A stretch of 64,000 bases of DNA from assembly GCA_965552055.1 (NCBI GenBank), contig CBEVQO010000002.1, forward strand, positions 256,001 to 320,000. Direction: 5' to 3'. The notes beneath the pieces were generated by a model, which saw only the letters and a list, made by a program, of their open reading frames with translations, had not been told where the DNA came from and ran no database searches. Origin of the DNA: an uncultured bacterium. Its GTDB lineage: Bacteria > Hydrothermota > UBA3073 > NMUJ01 > CBEVQO01. Positions 55,201 to 60,727 of the stretch are shown here, in pieces (position 1 is the stretch's first letter; every line of letters starts with the position of its first letter). Position numbers and translations under genes: made by a program.

Positions 55201-55753
55201 CCCATTTTTTACATATTATCAACCTCGTATCGTTACCTGCATTTAAAATACCCGAAGATATTATCTTTAAACTGTCAGTCTTCGCACTATCTCCATCGTT
55301 AATTGAAATTTCGCCCGAGATTAAAATATTTTTGAATCTTCCCTCATTATGAATGACCGCTCCTTCTTCAAATTCTATGGTGCCATCAATTTGCCGTAAA
55401 GTTCCTTCATCGATCCAATGTCCTCCCACGGAGATAGTATAATTAGAGTTTAATCTTAAAATACCATTTGAACGAATTATTACATCGTGTTCAACTGACA
55501 GATTTTTATCAACGGTAAGCGATTCATCTTCAATTATGAGCCAACCGCATTCAGCGTCGTCCGAAAAAATGCGCGGACAACTGCGACCCGATGCTAAACT
55601 TGGAATCTTAACACTATCCGCAGTGGTAGGCACTCCTTTAGGTATCCAGTTACTCGCTCTATGCCAGTCAGAATCAGTGGAACCATTCCAAGTTCTAAGT
55701 ACCCCATAGAGGGGTAACGAAAAAAGAAAAATTATCACAGAAAATTTTTTCAT
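37178..55753 (-). CDS. Giant secreted repetitive protein (6191 aa): seven beta-solenoid-like super-modules plus C-terminal PQQ-like beta-propeller
   Basis: Uninterrupted ORF; signal peptide MKKFSVIIFLFSLPLYG; 7x W.G...W..P.NW...P start motif and 7x Y.G..(A/G/S)G(E/D).Y(D/E)...W end motif; C-terminal G.LYA...G...W blades. Confidence 0.92.
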   Translation of the reverse strand: MKKFSVIIFLFSLPLYGVLRTWNGSTDSDWHRASNWIPKGVPTTADSVKIPSLASGRSCPRIFSDDAECGWLIIEDESLTVDKNLSVEHDVIIRSNGILRLNSNYTISVGGHWIDEGTLRQIDGTIEFEEGAVIHNEGRFKNILISGEISINDGDSAKTDSLKIISSGILNAGNDTRLIICKKWENNGVFNYGTGTVVLAGDMGVPDETYYNLEIAGECTLKTDITCENDFVVTSTGICRAEDETLTVKGDFKVVNFDCGTGCVIFAGSSVETLQVTGATSYLNDLVINATGTVIQVTSITVQGKFVLKNGTYNQNGNTINLSGTEWLEEAGTFQHGQGKISISTTNSLFKVTQLSTNSFYDFEVLSGDTIRMLSDLTIDGDFTLENAYFDPQSYVLKVKGNFDVTNGEFKPNAGRVELGGNTHTYIYTSPQNHFYNLWIVADTVEAESCIAIYGDFSIQNNATFIPSPYRDTVKGDWSDAGGIFKASQGGIVFCGVNQQITQGAGNYFNDLILRPTNTVTALSNITVNGALYLESGKFDPGSYTHRISGNWDDTQVEFTPTAGEIILTGANPQITTSSTNNFYSLTIDGGNAVANTSLRIFGDFKIINGGSFDPGNYVDTIKGDFDVSGGAFSPSAGEIVFAGTSPQINLGSGNKFNRLTINVTGTALMSSKLIVDSLLKVVSGEFDLSTGYYDTLKDSVYIGQSGELNVSGSDLVVVGNLVSDGVLHLYGSSILRLAKGVLIRETGSFISEGAAPTVTSISPSTYYSFKIRGTVNITKLYFSYANSEGMVIDTPAVIQNISNVIFENVEPGGNPSTHLHIYRQGTYNVTLIGLYFDATCDTNIHADGAGGNVKIFVSGYSGPKAGEAYDEETNGAEIKWLIQKRWTGAVDSLWSNPNNWKPAGVPDESSDVVIPDTIRDPVLDVAGYAFSVKINPGAKLKLKSNVLYIFGNFEDNGKLIPGTGKLCFRGEYNQSIKITDSSSIYDLDIYKLAGKVVAYSSLDIDGKLRIREGEFDPQSFTHTIAGDFENISGVFRADAGTFIFDGDTQRITLLTGDYFNNLVINVSDTVWALSDITVKGNFEIQGGCYDAGSYTHRVGGDYDDTGGRLLTSGKFVFDGDSSNVWQGANNQFADVEINVTNCVVAQTSLKITGDFTILGGEFIPQSYTHYIEGNWDDRQGKFAPSSGEIVFNGTGIQVIYQDTSKNNFYNLKISSNCQALTPLKIFGDFTLSSGSFVPGSYIEIKGDWVDTGGTFTPTSGIVHFTGIKQDVKTGSGNNFYNVKVEVEDSLKAQSSLNVDGYFKILSGVFYPDSYTHYIGGTWWDLGGVFNPSSGKIVLDGYADSIYQDTTKNAFYNLEINTAYSKKANTGIIVKGNFVITQGEFIPPQTVMKVYGDWDSRGGIFHATSGWIGFPGKSNIYLGTGNYFYNFGISTSDTIKAQDSLNIHGMFWIYQQGVFDGGNFTHRIKGDFKSADGKLLVKNSKIILNGEVQNIDIGTDTLYLLVIESDTVKAQSNLMVLDSTKVKSGVLILNSKGLLTGKMEIGQSGGVVMKNSGGGIAADTVIVAGLMKMEGAAQLQLVKGIEVASTGKFVTRSVGNAQPLITHRNSGQYYGFGVKGEIDVEGAIFRYLNSNGLYIYPAATLTDLSSVRFDSLQRTAGTDRFLQIYRSGTFDKTIYDHYYDTVYAGDVNIHIDGGVSTTDTVAKLKVFYYAGSGAGEAYDEETNGGAVLWTMGKVWVGGTGAPWPAGTHWRWSKAHNWDPPDDIPKLNDKVLIPQRSVYPHVDTLHAECASILLLSSTMLYVDTVCTLNVSGDVELKSGAKIVQDSNSVIRVGGNWKNMGGVFDQRSGLVEFYGANAKIWSTTFLNIKITGAGVGIADGETVKVTNSFNLLSGATFYGGNNAVFDVKGWNNSGGTFDCQTGEVIVRDTIVPNEVFYNLTIGANAKIPYTKLVVKNDLKILSTKTLRALNCTLYVGGDFMNNGSFDAGSGIVIFNGTGNQEIKGNAITFNKLIVDKTGGVLYAKTSITVTDFKLRQGEFNPGNFTHYVKGNWDDAGGVFTPDSGMIVICGTGKQQIKQGTGNNFYKLKIALQNAQDTVEFASSIDVNSEFIMQNGVIIPGAYTHYICGNWDDALCTFKPSQGEIVLDDADTIYIKQGANNNFANLTINTGSVVNLETNIKVNNFTLQSGYLKDAVACTLWVDGDWIEAGGNTDFDAATVILQGSTKDLQLNTGSKLWNLVIDVGSTDTVEFKSQIDVNGDFVMKSGVILPGAYTHYIASDWVDTLCEFVQTEGGVVLDGISPVIYQKEGNKFNNLTINVSGVATAKTKLLIGGDFTLQQGTFSIEDTVICGGNWSDAGGTFTDLTGTVKLIGENATINQGATNHFNNLIIEGTGRIETQTNITVKGNLRIISGTFYLGDALTHTVDGKVIAEDSLHLGQSELKVSDSLIIKETGVLYMENQCVLTLGKAALIDGKFEAFGTTPKIQNDGINYYSFKVRGEIEVLRLVFSGADVNGMYIDTSATIIDLSNVSFQSVQPGGNPSRHLQIHRNADFEKEFLGCSFDASCDTNVYANGYGNSVRLIFSDYSGPKGGEDYDEEVNGAEIIWMIKKVWTGAQDTLWSNPFNWDPVGLPADTEDVVIPGGLTNYPVLDMDDTIASLNIETGARFKEGPGGSYTLVIKGNMHNMGRFDAGDGTIEFTGLANQIALGDSGEFYNLVINKQTGSITAGGPIIIKNNITLKSGEFIPGVYTHIVGGGWYEINGTFRPTSGKILFNGQNAVIKQKEGNYFHNIEIDVDNNLTLQTDVVVKGDVKITSGQLILDTFELQVEGNWDSETGVIQDLTGTVIFAGNKQQINVSANDYFNNLVIQANDTVTALDSIKIMGDFKILQGVYYAQSYTHRIGGDFYAIGGYFKQDAGKVIFIDSSQIYTDDEIFNDFVCEGTAIAKSNLQINGDVEIKGKFIPGDYTHTVNGNWIDTLGEFKAQEGEIILSGVNKGIYQGTGNNFYNLTISGNITAYTSINVDGDITITGTFNPGSFTHRVAGDWDDEGGIFNQISGTIIFDGVTQQINTKAGNYFNNVICEVTNKLIAADSLDINGDFVILSGEFVPNAYTHRIGGNWADTGGIFIDTTSTIIFDGTKQKIYAKIGNHFNNVKINPSDTVWAMTALKTEGYFAILSGTFIPGNFTHEIGGDWYDKGGVFKPTGGTIILNGENPHIYTSATNNFYNLTIDVTGVATAEDGLNINGALLINAGELYLSDGLTHKVASGVNVYGTLDLGTSVLEVGTGLNVQSGGVLKLIGSPALKLGTQLYIANGGKIFTSGSPEITAKDTTKPFDFNVYGELEIDGLTISYIDTGGLCIYNQAQITRLDEVKFTNQRGTGHRVYMQIYRNADFNATFSLHSYDQYCDTNVYADGGGNNVDIIMSGASGSKAGENYDHEVNGANIEWTSADVWVGGTNSSWWDAVAAGLPASHNAKNWSLGRPPVDTELVIIPANANNNYPILNITDTCAGVLIKSGAKLTMNSDKILHVQGDFTIKGQFDLSDGTLFVWNDFTNDGVFNHTGGWVVIESTGVISGKCTFYNLKFADNSNVSVNYGDTLKITNNFIIGTNADFHGGTNTLIQVYSWNNSGKFHYEQSTVEFLADMTLPQDTFYNLVINAIDSLNAELICMNDLHIKQTLKGKGYTIYVGGDWINDGNFIHGGSDVVFNGGSDQYVKGGLSAFDKIIINSTGGELIAQDGLTIEGDFMIYKGGFEPSSYTHYVKGDWVDTGGIFRPSAGKIVFNGAVQHILTDADNYFYEMEINADSVYFDSPIDVNGALYMLSGVIEPWGYVHEIAGDWVDTAVIFTQDSGKIILDGNKFKIIQGSNNNFANLEIRASDTVFAQSALKIYGDFMLSSGIFEAGSYTHTVRGDWIDTGGVFTAEEGKILFDGKEGEIWQGANNYFANIEIKVQDTLSAKTNITLKGDFVLNSGVFDAPSLIKVGADWIDTGGVVVFPANADVWFTGSVSNVLQDTVKNRFQNFTIKTSNTYLKSSIICEGNLTIESGSLNPGSYTHIVYGNFTSQGVFTADSGKFVFRGDASAQVELANGNYFNTIIIEKNLSQLTASSALTLKGDFILKKGTFYAGSYTHTVEGNWIDTGGVFQPTDGKIVLTGRTSKIYQGENNYFANLDITPNLTDTIIAETPIRVKGDITISGGRFEPGAFTHIIEGNWNDQNGKFNPTAGEIKFEGDTIEIITSSQNNFYNLTLNSQKVTPLTGLKINSKLKLLTGELDIQTGVHTVEDSVIISGNLKMTGGELRGKYIVINDTLIMQGASILKVGETFKAQEGSYCEFTGLTPQITALDTLNRFSFRFSGKLNCERLKFSYADSDGFYIDTLAEIISLNNVSFEKVGNKGKHLQIYRKGLFIQNFTGCYFDASCSVNVYADGGGDSTVIYMVNYSGAKAGESYDEEVNKAHIYWIAQRVWQGDVDSLWSNPNNWSPPGVPTDTEDVVIPDTAVRFPYLDTNAYCMSLRIDDSAYLHCDTFKLYLKGDLIVNGTLYADSGEIIFCGDYQQVINLTPQSYFYNLTINKNSGKVLCQSPINIKGDFVLLKGEFSPASYIHYVEGNWIDTGGTFTATSGEIRFTGNSEIWQAQDNNFANIKIAGTVTAKTPLKIYGDITITGTFNPDTFTHEVKGDWSDVLGTFHQTGGKIKFTGNYQKITSSQTNYFNNVEINCLTSVEAFDSLHVHGDFVINKGKFIAGSFTHYIGGDWVDTGGTFNPVGGKIVLTGKGEIWQKASNYFINLEIDGDTIWQKTDIFVKNDFTVKSGVFIPSDNVLEVRGDFDASGGEFKADDGTVYLAGGAQQIKLGTGNYLYNLSMAPTASVTALDSLVIKGDLTLLSGEFIPGSYTHRIYGDWNTVSGTFAPTSGKVIFLGSKSTVKLGNGNNFYDIKIEKTDTLKALSKLRIYGDIELASGIFVPDTFTHTVKGDWIETGCTFRPTGGKIIFAGTSQNITQLTQNNFYSVIVKSTGTVTAQSSLRIYGDFVIEAGEFVPGTYTHYVKGNWNDTLGTFTPSAGEIILCGENQEIYQKSTNNFYDVIIDSGTQVVTKTGTQIDGKLWIKKGKFDFVNRRHTIRDSIIVDSILTLNSSVVSANSYIIVNSGGLLQLSGSCTLKVADTLFIENGGKFSANGVTPTITSINNLSYFGFEVRGEIDVTALNVNRVCKRGLRIWEDAQIAALDGINFTNIESGGTFLQIYRNAGYTATFSGHSYDASCQYNFHLKCTSPDSAIVTMVAYSGDKAGDAYDTTTQYARIEWILADVWTGTVDDRWDNPSNWQDGTVPTATDQVIIQDAPFDPTVNTTAQCAAIFVKNGANVNLTVPGMYLDCNGNVKIEKGGGINLISKSTIFCAGTWIDNGTFQQTAGVVTFDGTNCITNSETFKSLVISGDTLSLAAGVTVTVTDSFHIGTGAVFKGGEGAIFKTSSWINQGKFMPQTGTVILQAKMDVPEDTFYNLTIDADTIKLTNNLVILNDLQINAGRVFKANDDTIRIKGDWINNGEFIPDSSTCIFCGDQPQQISQSKFYNLIIENSYSTKKEEKDSTKQVASVTATGPLTIYGDFKILKGEFDPGSYTHIVMGDWIDTGGTFTPSAGEIVIAKDSVKIIQGQNNYFYNLKFQDADFVLSGKSVLKVQNVLTIDQNSAFIIDSLAEVKVGANLIAKGKFIAKGLMPSITSTQQGVKYPEVRLKGNVSISRLLCDGISGLILDTTSQIDTLENVWFMNMSSLSKALRVIKTSAYSDTYSGLLFDTTCYKNISANGAGIYIFCENYMGEHSGELYEEELNGAQIVWKDSAYIDLKWQHPGIRIFRKDVTSGIGHAFDGASYYSTKSGTLYAVDSLGNLLWKKKYGGYASDLICVRGDTLFFGTSAGTLYAVNRTDGDVIWRTNIGDSIISGVFEYGGVIYFGAKDGNFYAVDRGDGSVIWSFSTGGAIRAMPGYGFGFLHGGSCDDTLYKIGAGTGVEQAKYGTDGDIVNIPAFGRVAGSHYRIYFGNIKKNVYCLDSLRAQPYDLIWQDVLNAPAIKGPWYWWGKIYFADTLGNIYCYDIDGNPNPWGWAQYPLNISAKPTTKPLVYNGKIYIGTEKGLIAVSEKTGKILWKFDPGQKIESTPMLNVAQGVITFTTSGKIFRIGIGGAKWKRKNGMNPNVKVRKSM

Positions 55754-55759
55754 TTTTTA

Positions 55760-55786
55760 ATTATAAACCGCTTTCGGGAGTGTCAA
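55760..55786 (-). promoter_or_regulatory. Promoter TTGACA-N15-TATAAT of the giant-protein operon, probably leaderless
   Basis: Perfect boxes; 6 nt to the ATG; no SD. Confidence 0.78.
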
Positions 55787-55819
55787 GAAAAAATTTTTAA
55801 AAATTTTTGTCAAATTTAA

Positions 55820-56245
55820 TCAGAAAATATAAGAGAAAAGAAAACCAAGGGACACGCCCAGAAAAGCACCGCACAATATCTCCAAGGGTGTGTGCCCCCA
55901 TATTTCTCTTAAAGGAACATAAGGAAATTTATGCTCCTTAAATAGCATCTGCACTATTTTATTTAGGATTTCGGCTTGCCTGCCTGCTGCACGCCGTAAA
56001 CCCCCTGCTTCATACATTATAAACAATGTAAGACAAAGTGAAATGCTAAATGCAGAAGAACCGACCCCCTCTCCAATACCAATTGCTGTGGTTAAAGCTA
56101 CAAAAGATGAAGTATGGGCACTAGGCATACCACCGGGCTCAACGAGCTTCCTGAAATCGGGCTTCTTATCCTTAATCCAGTATATTATAAACTTCAATAT
56201 CTGACTTATAACGGCAACAGCTATGAAAATAAGCCAGTAATACAT
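55820..56245 (-). CDS. Divergent PAP2 family protein (DUF212)
   Basis: SQILK..GGMPSAH..MYEA.GLRRAAG.QA..LN..GHTP.E. Confidence 0.92.
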   Translation of the reverse strand: MYYWLIFIAVAVISQILKFIIYWIKDKKPDFRKLVEPGGMPSAHTSSFVALTTAIGIGEGVGSSAFSISLCLTLFIMYEAGGLRRAAGRQAEILNKIVQMLFKEHKFPYVPLREIWGHTPLEILCGAFLGVSLGFLFSYIF

Positions 56246-57069
56246 CTTCTACCCCCCTCCACCAGAAAAATAAGAATTAACCTTAAGAAAAGACCACAAA
56301 TCACAAAAATATCGGTAAAAAAATTAAATCCATAATGCTTTTTGAAATACTTATACATCGAAATGTTATGATGGAGAAAAGCTTTTGCCCAATCTTTTTC
56401 CACAACTGCTCCAAATTTATGATAAAAAATAGCATCGGGATAATAATAATTTTTATAGCCCATCTTCTTTAATCTGTAACACAAATCCACATCTTCACAG
56501 AACAAAAAAAATCTCTCATCAAATCCACCTGCTTTCCAGAAAACATCTTTTTTTATTAAAAAAACAGCACCCCTTGACCACTCAATTTCCTGCACCTTTT
56601 CATAATCTGCATCGTACATCAAATATTCTCTCGAAAACCTGCTTTTTGGAAAAATCTTTCGCAAAATAGATTTCCGCCCAAAAGCAACCCTCATAATCGT
56701 TGGAAAACGACGCAAAGATAACTGCAAACTACCATCAAAATTCAATAATTTACCTGTCACAACTCCAGCATCTTCCTTTTTCTCTGCAAAGCTGAGTAAT
56801 TTCTCGATAGCATCGAGTTCCGGGATAACATCTGGATTTAAGAAAAGTAAATATTCGCCTTTTGCTAACTTCGCACCAAGATTGCAGGCACGGGCAAATC
56901 CAACATTCCTGTAAGGATAAATATAAATAACACCATCCAAATTGCAATCACCACTGTTATCAACCACTATTATCTCATTTTCTAATTTTAAATATTTTTT
57001 CAAATTCCTTACGAGATTTTTTGTAAATTCCGATGTCTTATAATTCACGATTATCACAGATATTTTCAC
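56221..57069 (-). CDS. Glycosyltransferase family 2 (WbbL-like)
   Basis: IIVNYK, VVDN, NVGFARACN, LNPD, GGFDERFFLFCEDVD. Confidence 0.92.
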   Translation of the reverse strand: MKISVIIVNYKTSEFTKNLVRNLKKYLKLENEIIVVDNSGDCNLDGVIYIYPYRNVGFARACNLGAKLAKGEYLLFLNPDVIPELDAIEKLLSFAEKKEDAGVVTGKLLNFDGSLQLSLRRFPTIMRVAFGRKSILRKIFPKSRFSREYLMYDADYEKVQEIEWSRGAVFLIKKDVFWKAGGFDERFFLFCEDVDLCYRLKKMGYKNYYYPDAIFYHKFGAVVEKDWAKAFLHHNISMYKYFKKHYGFNFFTDIFVICGLFLRLILIFLVEGGRRCITGLFS

Positions 57070-58895
57070 TTCTTTTCAAATATCACAAAATATCTTTTGG
57101 GGGAAGCAAATTCTTTATAAATTGCTAAAATCTTTTCATATTCGGGTAAAGAATATTCCTTCTTCTTAAAGCCAAATTCTCTCTCGCAAATCAAACTATC
57201 ATTTTTTTCTTCATACAGAATTTTGCAATATATTAAGTCATCTTCATATTCATATTTTTGTGGCAGATAAACGATTTTAATGTTTTCCGGCAATTTCACA
57301 CATACTTTATATTTTGACAAAAATGGTATATCAATTACAAGAGGATAATGTCTTTCTTTAATTGATAAATACATTGCCTCTCTACCTGTCCCCAATATAT
57401 TCGCAGGTAAACCAAAATTATAACGGTTTAAATACGAATGCCTTAAATAATCGGGTGCTATGAATTTTAAACTTATTTCAACAGCAGAATTTAAATCTTC
57501 AACTCCCTTTATCTCATAAGAAATTAATTTCGCTCCCTGCTTGATATTGTTTGTATAACCCTGCATCAACTTATCGATCTCTTCTTTGCTTTTTCGCATA
57601 AAAATCCTGCGATATAAACGAGATAAAGAACCTCTTACCTCACACATAAATTCACCTTCGAGGTTAAAATTTTTATCAATTTCGCCTTTCATAAAAACCT
57701 TTGTATAGGAATTATCAAAATCTGGTAAAGGAACACGATAAAATTCAAAACCTTTATCTTTCACGATAAATAATTTCCTGCCTGCAAACTTACTGCGGAG
57801 AACAAAATTTTCATTAAATCCTTTTAATATGCCAAAAATACCACCTTCCTGTATCTCAGGAAGAGGAAGCTTGGGGTCAAGCAGTAAATAGCCCGCTTTT
57901 TGCGGAACCGCTACGAGCATATCGGTAAATAATGGCATAGGTATCTCTGTATCTATCTCAAATTTCGAAAAATAAGCAGGATAAGCTTTTATACCGCACA
58001 ATTTTAAAAATGCAATCAAAAGTGCACATTTATCTTTTATATCACCATATTTATTTACATATATTTTAGAGCATCTGGTTGGTTTGAAACCTGCGAAAGA
58101 AAGAGCTATAGGGATATCACGCCATTCTTTCGTAACCCATTCATAAATGAGATACAAACTATCTGTGGTCAAATATTTCTTCAATTTTTTCATCCCTTTT
58201 TGAGATTTATTAAACTCTTTTCTCAGGTAATCGGCAACTTCTTTCCATGTTTTAAATGTGGTATATTGAACATTAGGAGTTATATCAGCTGATGGCGGAG
58301 AGAAAGGTTCGGCAATATACCTATCAACAGAATCCACCCAGAATCTGTAAATTTTAAATTTACCACTATCTTTTTCTTCAAACTTTATAATATCACCTTC
58401 AATCTTGTATTTAAAATATTGTTTTTTTGGCAAAATTATTTTCAACTCTTTATGAACTATTGGTTCACTTTTTTTCATCTGCACTTTATCATAAAGCATC
58501 AATTTTCCTTTTATCTTCTTCTCTTTTTCAAATTCAATAAATATCTCGCTACCCGGATTTACATCGGGATAAGCTATCGTTTTTGCCATTAAATTGGCAT
58601 ATTGCGGAGCTTTAAAAGTTTCGGATGCCGAGAGGTCTCCAATAGCTCCTTTAACGGGATGTTTCTTTTTGCCATCAACACATGTATACACCTGCAAGAT
58701 TTTAAAATCTTCTTCTTTGTGATATCGGAAATAATCGTTGCCATATTTTTCTCTTCCTCTTTTCGTCAAAATCTTCATGTGTTTTTTATATCTGTAGATT
58801 TGTTTTTTGCCATCAATCTTTATAACTTCATTTTCAAGCAGATAGACAGCGGATGCCCCTTTTAAATCGAAAAATATCAAAAAAAGAAAAATCAT
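57066..58895 (-). CDS. DUF3857/transglutaminase-like protein, catalytic residues degenerate
   Basis: YGDIKDKCALL (Cys to Ile), FTDML (His lost), LLDP. Confidence 0.78.
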   Translation of the reverse strand: MIFLFLIFFDLKGASAVYLLENEVIKIDGKKQIYRYKKHMKILTKRGREKYGNDYFRYHKEEDFKILQVYTCVDGKKKHPVKGAIGDLSASETFKAPQYANLMAKTIAYPDVNPGSEIFIEFEKEKKIKGKLMLYDKVQMKKSEPIVHKELKIILPKKQYFKYKIEGDIIKFEEKDSGKFKIYRFWVDSVDRYIAEPFSPPSADITPNVQYTTFKTWKEVADYLRKEFNKSQKGMKKLKKYLTTDSLYLIYEWVTKEWRDIPIALSFAGFKPTRCSKIYVNKYGDIKDKCALLIAFLKLCGIKAYPAYFSKFEIDTEIPMPLFTDMLVAVPQKAGYLLLDPKLPLPEIQEGGIFGILKGFNENFVLRSKFAGRKLFIVKDKGFEFYRVPLPDFDNSYTKVFMKGEIDKNFNLEGEFMCEVRGSLSRLYRRIFMRKSKEEIDKLMQGYTNNIKQGAKLISYEIKGVEDLNSAVEISLKFIAPDYLRHSYLNRYNFGLPANILGTGREAMYLSIKERHYPLVIDIPFLSKYKVCVKLPENIKIVYLPQKYEYEDDLIYCKILYEEKNDSLICEREFGFKKKEYSLPEYEKILAIYKEFASPKRYFVIFEKK

Positions 58896-60727
58896 TTTTC
58901 TTTCAAAATAATTTCACCCTCAAAAGCTTTTTCCATCTTATCATAAAATTCCTTACAAGCAGGATAATCCTCCGGAGGAATTAGGGATTTTTTGAAACAG
59001 AAGAAGGATTTTTGAATTATTTTATTATCTTCGATTTTTATTTGCCGTGCTACTTTTATATAATCATTCTCAAGGACTGTATCCCGTGGTACAAAAAATA
59101 TTTTTAGATTTTCGGGGATTTCTGTTTCGATTATAGATTTACTCGCCATTTTAACAGTGAAATAAACGGGATATTTCCTTTTTTCCAGTGCAAAAGGTGA
59201 AAATTGTGAAGGCGAAAATTTCACACTAACCCTGCCACCTCCCAGATGCCATTCATCTCCTATAATCGTCGCATAATCGGGAAGCGTTGCAAAAATCTCA
59301 AGGGTCATCGGTTTTGAGAAATCATCGGGATTGCCGAAGCGAATGGAATCAATTCTGGCAGAAGGATGAGCGGTAGAGAAGCTCTGTTCAAATAGTTGCT
59401 TTATCTGTTCCTTAGATAAAAACTTTAACATTGCACGCAAACCCATATCCGTAGAGCCCTTGCCCCACATCTTAAAATACATCTTCGCAACATTATCTCT
59501 GGATAAAGTAATCTTCGTCTCAACATAATTTAAATTGGCTTCAGGAGGAACAGACGGCGTCCTACGCATAGTATCGCCATAGGGTGTGCAGATAAGCACA
59601 TCTTTGTCGGCTTCTATCGGAGATAAAAATTCAACAGAACTTTCAATCGTAGGGTCAAGATAAATTATAGTGTCTTCTCTGACAATCGCACAGATAGCAT
59701 GATTAAAACGCGAAATATCTGCAATATCATGTGAAATACGCATAACAGGATTTGTAAGCACCATAAAGGCTTTTTTAATACCCGCTTCCCTTAGCATTGC
59801 ACAAAGTAAACCCGCTTTATCCCTGCATACCCCGTATTTCCTGTAATAAACACTATCAGGATACTCCGGAACAAAACCACCGTATCTACCTGTTAATCTC
59901 GTCTCAACATACCTTATCTCTTTATTGACAAATTCATATAAACTTCTCACCTTATCTTCAAAAGATTTCGCATTTTCTATCAATTCTTTAACTTTTTGTT
60001 TCAATTCTTTACCGCATTTCAATCTTTTTTCGCAGACATTATAATACCATCTTGAGATTTCTTTCCAGTCTTTTGCATTGCTGACAATTACTTTTGTAGC
60101 AACATCAGGAATGGGTGGCATTAAGGGTTCTTTTACAATCTGTGGAATATCCCTTGCATACCATTTGTATTTTATCATATTTCCCTCTTCTTTTCTTTCA
60201 AAAGACACACTTAAATTTCCTTCGATTTTATATTTAAATTTCAGGGATTCCGGAGCTTTTAATATCATAACTTTCTCCATAATGGGGTCTTCTCCTTCGA
60301 ACAAAGTAAAAGTCGAATAGTGACCTTCCATTGGTGGTACTTTCATCACATATTCTACTGCAAAATCTATTTCGTCTTCCTGAGACAATGTTGGGAAAAT
60401 TATTTTAACTGAACGGAAATTAGGTATAAGAAATCTTGAGCCCTTCCATGCGGGCATAGGCATATCCTTTATGTTATCAGGTGGAACAGTTGTAACAGTA
60501 CCATCTTTATGAATAACCTTAGCGGAAAGAACCCTAACAGTATCATAAAGTGTTATATACCAGAAAGTTTTTTCCGAATGAACTTTTATACCAAAGGGGG
60601 ATAACATTTTAATCCTTTTATGAATTATCATTTTTCCCGTGCAATCTTCATTTAAAAATATTTTTAAACTATCAAATTTCACGATAGCATCTGCTTCCAG
60701 CTGGAATATGAGAAGAAATACAGGCAT
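58892..60727 (-). CDS. DUF3857 plus transglutaminase-like protein with intact Cys-His-Asp triad
   Basis: YGVCRDKA, FNHAI, YLDPT. Confidence 0.85.
   Translation of the reverse strand: MPVFLLIFQLEADAIVKFDSLKIFLNEDCTGKMIIHKRIKMLSPFGIKVHSEKTFWYITLYDTVRVLSAKVIHKDGTVTTVPPDNIKDMPMPAWKGSRFLIPNFRSVKIIFPTLSQEDEIDFAVEYVMKVPPMEGHYSTFTLFEGEDPIMEKVMILKAPESLKFKYKIEGNLSVSFERKEEGNMIKYKWYARDIPQIVKEPLMPPIPDVATKVIVSNAKDWKEISRWYYNVCEKRLKCGKELKQKVKELIENAKSFEDKVRSLYEFVNKEIRYVETRLTGRYGGFVPEYPDSVYYRKYGVCRDKAGLLCAMLREAGIKKAFMVLTNPVMRISHDIADISRFNHAICAIVREDTIIYLDPTIESSVEFLSPIEADKDVLICTPYGDTMRRTPSVPPEANLNYVETKITLSRDNVAKMYFKMWGKGSTDMGLRAMLKFLSKEQIKQLFEQSFSTAHPSARIDSIRFGNPDDFSKPMTLEIFATLPDYATIIGDEWHLGGGRVSVKFSPSQFSPFALEKRKYPVYFTVKMASKSIIETEIPENLKIFFVPRDTVLENDYIKVARQIKIEDNKIIQKSFFCFKKSLIPPEDYPACKEFYDKMEKAFEGEIILKEK

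Noticed and set aside
37178..55753. Giant ORF as an assembly artefact or frameshift-split gene
   Set aside because: Repeats are strongly diverged and the frame is open for 18.6 kb; the downstream propeller gene has its own SD and start
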